In this document: positions 28,701 through 29,592 of the stretch, piece after piece
Position numbering within the stretch: the first letter of the stretch is position 1
Layout of the letters: each line of letters starts with the position of its first letter
Translations under genes and position numbers: made by a program
Notes under the pieces: model-generated
Databases searched by the model: none
What the model was told of the DNA's origin: nothing
Seen by the model: the letters and a program-made list of their open reading frames with translations, nothing else
DNA from: a virus
Lineage: Duplodnaviria; Caudoviricetes
Direction: 5' to 3' (one strand)
DNA length: 29,592 nt
IMG/VR virus record: IMGVR_UViG_3300028607_000629
Coordinates: 1 to 29,592 of that record

Positions 28701-29592
28701 CTGCACAGACTCTAACCAATAAGACTCTAACAAGCCCCACACTTACTACACCAGCATTAGGAACCCCTGCAAGTGGTGTTCTAACTAATGCAACAGGTTT
28801 AATTGCTACAACAGGATTAACTGCAACAGGAACGAAATCATCCTCAACCTTCCTTAGAGGTGATAATACTTGGGATGTTGGTCCTGTTGGAGAGACAGGC
28901 TCGCAAGGGCAACAAGGCATTCAAGGTGTAAAAGGAGATGATGGAGATGATGGAGAAGATGGTGATACAGGTGCAACTGGCGCAGTAGGACCGGGTAATG
29001 CTTTAGATACAACTGCAACAAATAGTAGCGATTGGTTTTATCCTGTCTTTGTTCCAGCATCTACTACAACTGCTGACCAAGTTCCATATACTGATAGTAG
29101 TTTCGCATACAGACCTAGTGCTAACAAACTAAGTATATCTGGCGATTTGGAATTGGTTGGGGCTATTACAGGTGCAACAGCAATTACTGTGGATAACTTG
29201 AATCTAAATGGTAATACAATCATTAGCACAGATACAAATGGTGCAATAAACATTACACCTAATGGTTCAGGTGCTACTGCTATTACCAAGTTAACTGCTA
29301 CTAATGCAACATTAACAACACCCGCATTAGGAACACCATCAGCATTAGTGTTAACTAATGCAACTGCCTTGCCTACTACTAGTTTATCAGGCACAGTTAC
29401 AAATGCTCAATTGGCTGGTTCTATTACTAATGCAAAGTTAGCAGGTAGTATTGCTGGAAGTAAATTAGTATCCAAAGCAATAGATACTGCACAATTAGCA
29501 GATAACGCAATAGAAAACTTACAAATTGCTAACAACGCTGTAGATTCAAATGAAATCGCATCGGAAGCAATTAGTGAACCAAAGATTGCTGA
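19679..29592 (+). CDS. Giant tail fibre/adhesin, main part (>3,300 codons, runs off the window; not in the ORF track)
   Basis: Frame opens after TAA 19676-19678 ([16 protein letters not shown]...) and the same frame is still open at the end (...[10 protein letters not shown]). The track reports no terminated + ORF here. Contains fibre repeats and collagen segments. Confidence 0.88.
22226..22545 (+). repeat. 2 x ~156-159-nt (52-53 aa) tandem duplication; related copies at ~26300-26470 and ~28060-28240
   Basis: [15 protein letters not shown]...DIAAxDxILxAFGKMExRxRLNDDKV occurs twice, with an identical 26-mer at 22241-22266 and 22397-22422. Confidence 0.85.
24716..24840 (+). repeat. 3 x 39-nt (13-aa) repeat 'ATxxELN(I/Y)(L/I/V)DGVT'
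   Basis: GAACTCAAC/GAACTTAAT units at 24731, 24770 and 24809; related AEINILDG copies at ~19290-19375. Confidence 0.85.
25562..25687 (+). repeat. Collagen-like (Gly-X-Y)14 segment
   Basis: [42 protein letters not shown] (amino acids). Confidence 0.9.
26790..27130 (+). repeat. Direct repeat '[29 protein letters not shown]', period 231 nt
   Basis: Identical 26-mer TTCCTAAAGCATGACGGAACATTTGG at 26831-26856 and 27062-27087. Confidence 0.85.
28880..28996 (+). repeat. Collagen-like (Gly-X-Y)13 segment
   Basis: [39 protein letters not shown] (amino acids). Confidence 0.9.

Larger units (their letters stand above)
1..29592 (+). mobile_element. Segment of a tailed virus genome (neck/tail/baseplate/fibre module), probably an archaeal virus (magrovirus-like)
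   Basis: All credible genes are co-directional with 0-15 nt gaps or overlaps. Order is the canonical adaptor-terminator-tube-chaperone (frameshift)-TMP-Dit-hub-fibre. RBSs are GGTGA/GAGG type and no cellular housekeeping genes are present. Host assignment is inference. Confidence 0.9.

Noticed and set aside
18716-29394. Many long minus-strand ORFs (e.g. 18716-19597, 23548-24060, 26455-26859)
   Set aside because: Antisense shadows of the strongly biased codon usage of the + strand fibre gene; no RBS or protein motifs of their own.

Overview
The whole window is a single + strand, tightly packed virion morphogenesis (neck/tail) operon of a tailed dsDNA virus (Caudoviricetes). There is no sheath gene, so the tail looks siphovirus-like. 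GGTGA-type ribosome-binding sites, low GC and the gene order suggest an archaeal host, plausibly a marine Poseidoniales/MGII 'magrovirus' (inference, not searched). Gene order: 3' end of a putative small GTPase, Zn-finger protein, Gln/Met-rich protein with a WW-like motif, large orphan, head-tail adaptor, small ORF, tail terminator, tail tube, tail assembly chaperone with a G GGA AAC -1 frameshift, short hydrophobic tape measure protein, Dit-like protein, LamG protein, a ~2,200-aa baseplate-hub-like gene broken by frame breaks, a tail-collar protein, and a giant mosaic fibre/adhesin. The fibre gene is about 4,000 codons from 17586 and still open at the window end; most of it is absent from the ORF track. 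Other signals: a structured RNA over the chaperone RBS, near-total GATC/AGCT avoidance, and several indels that are probably sequencing or assembly errors.
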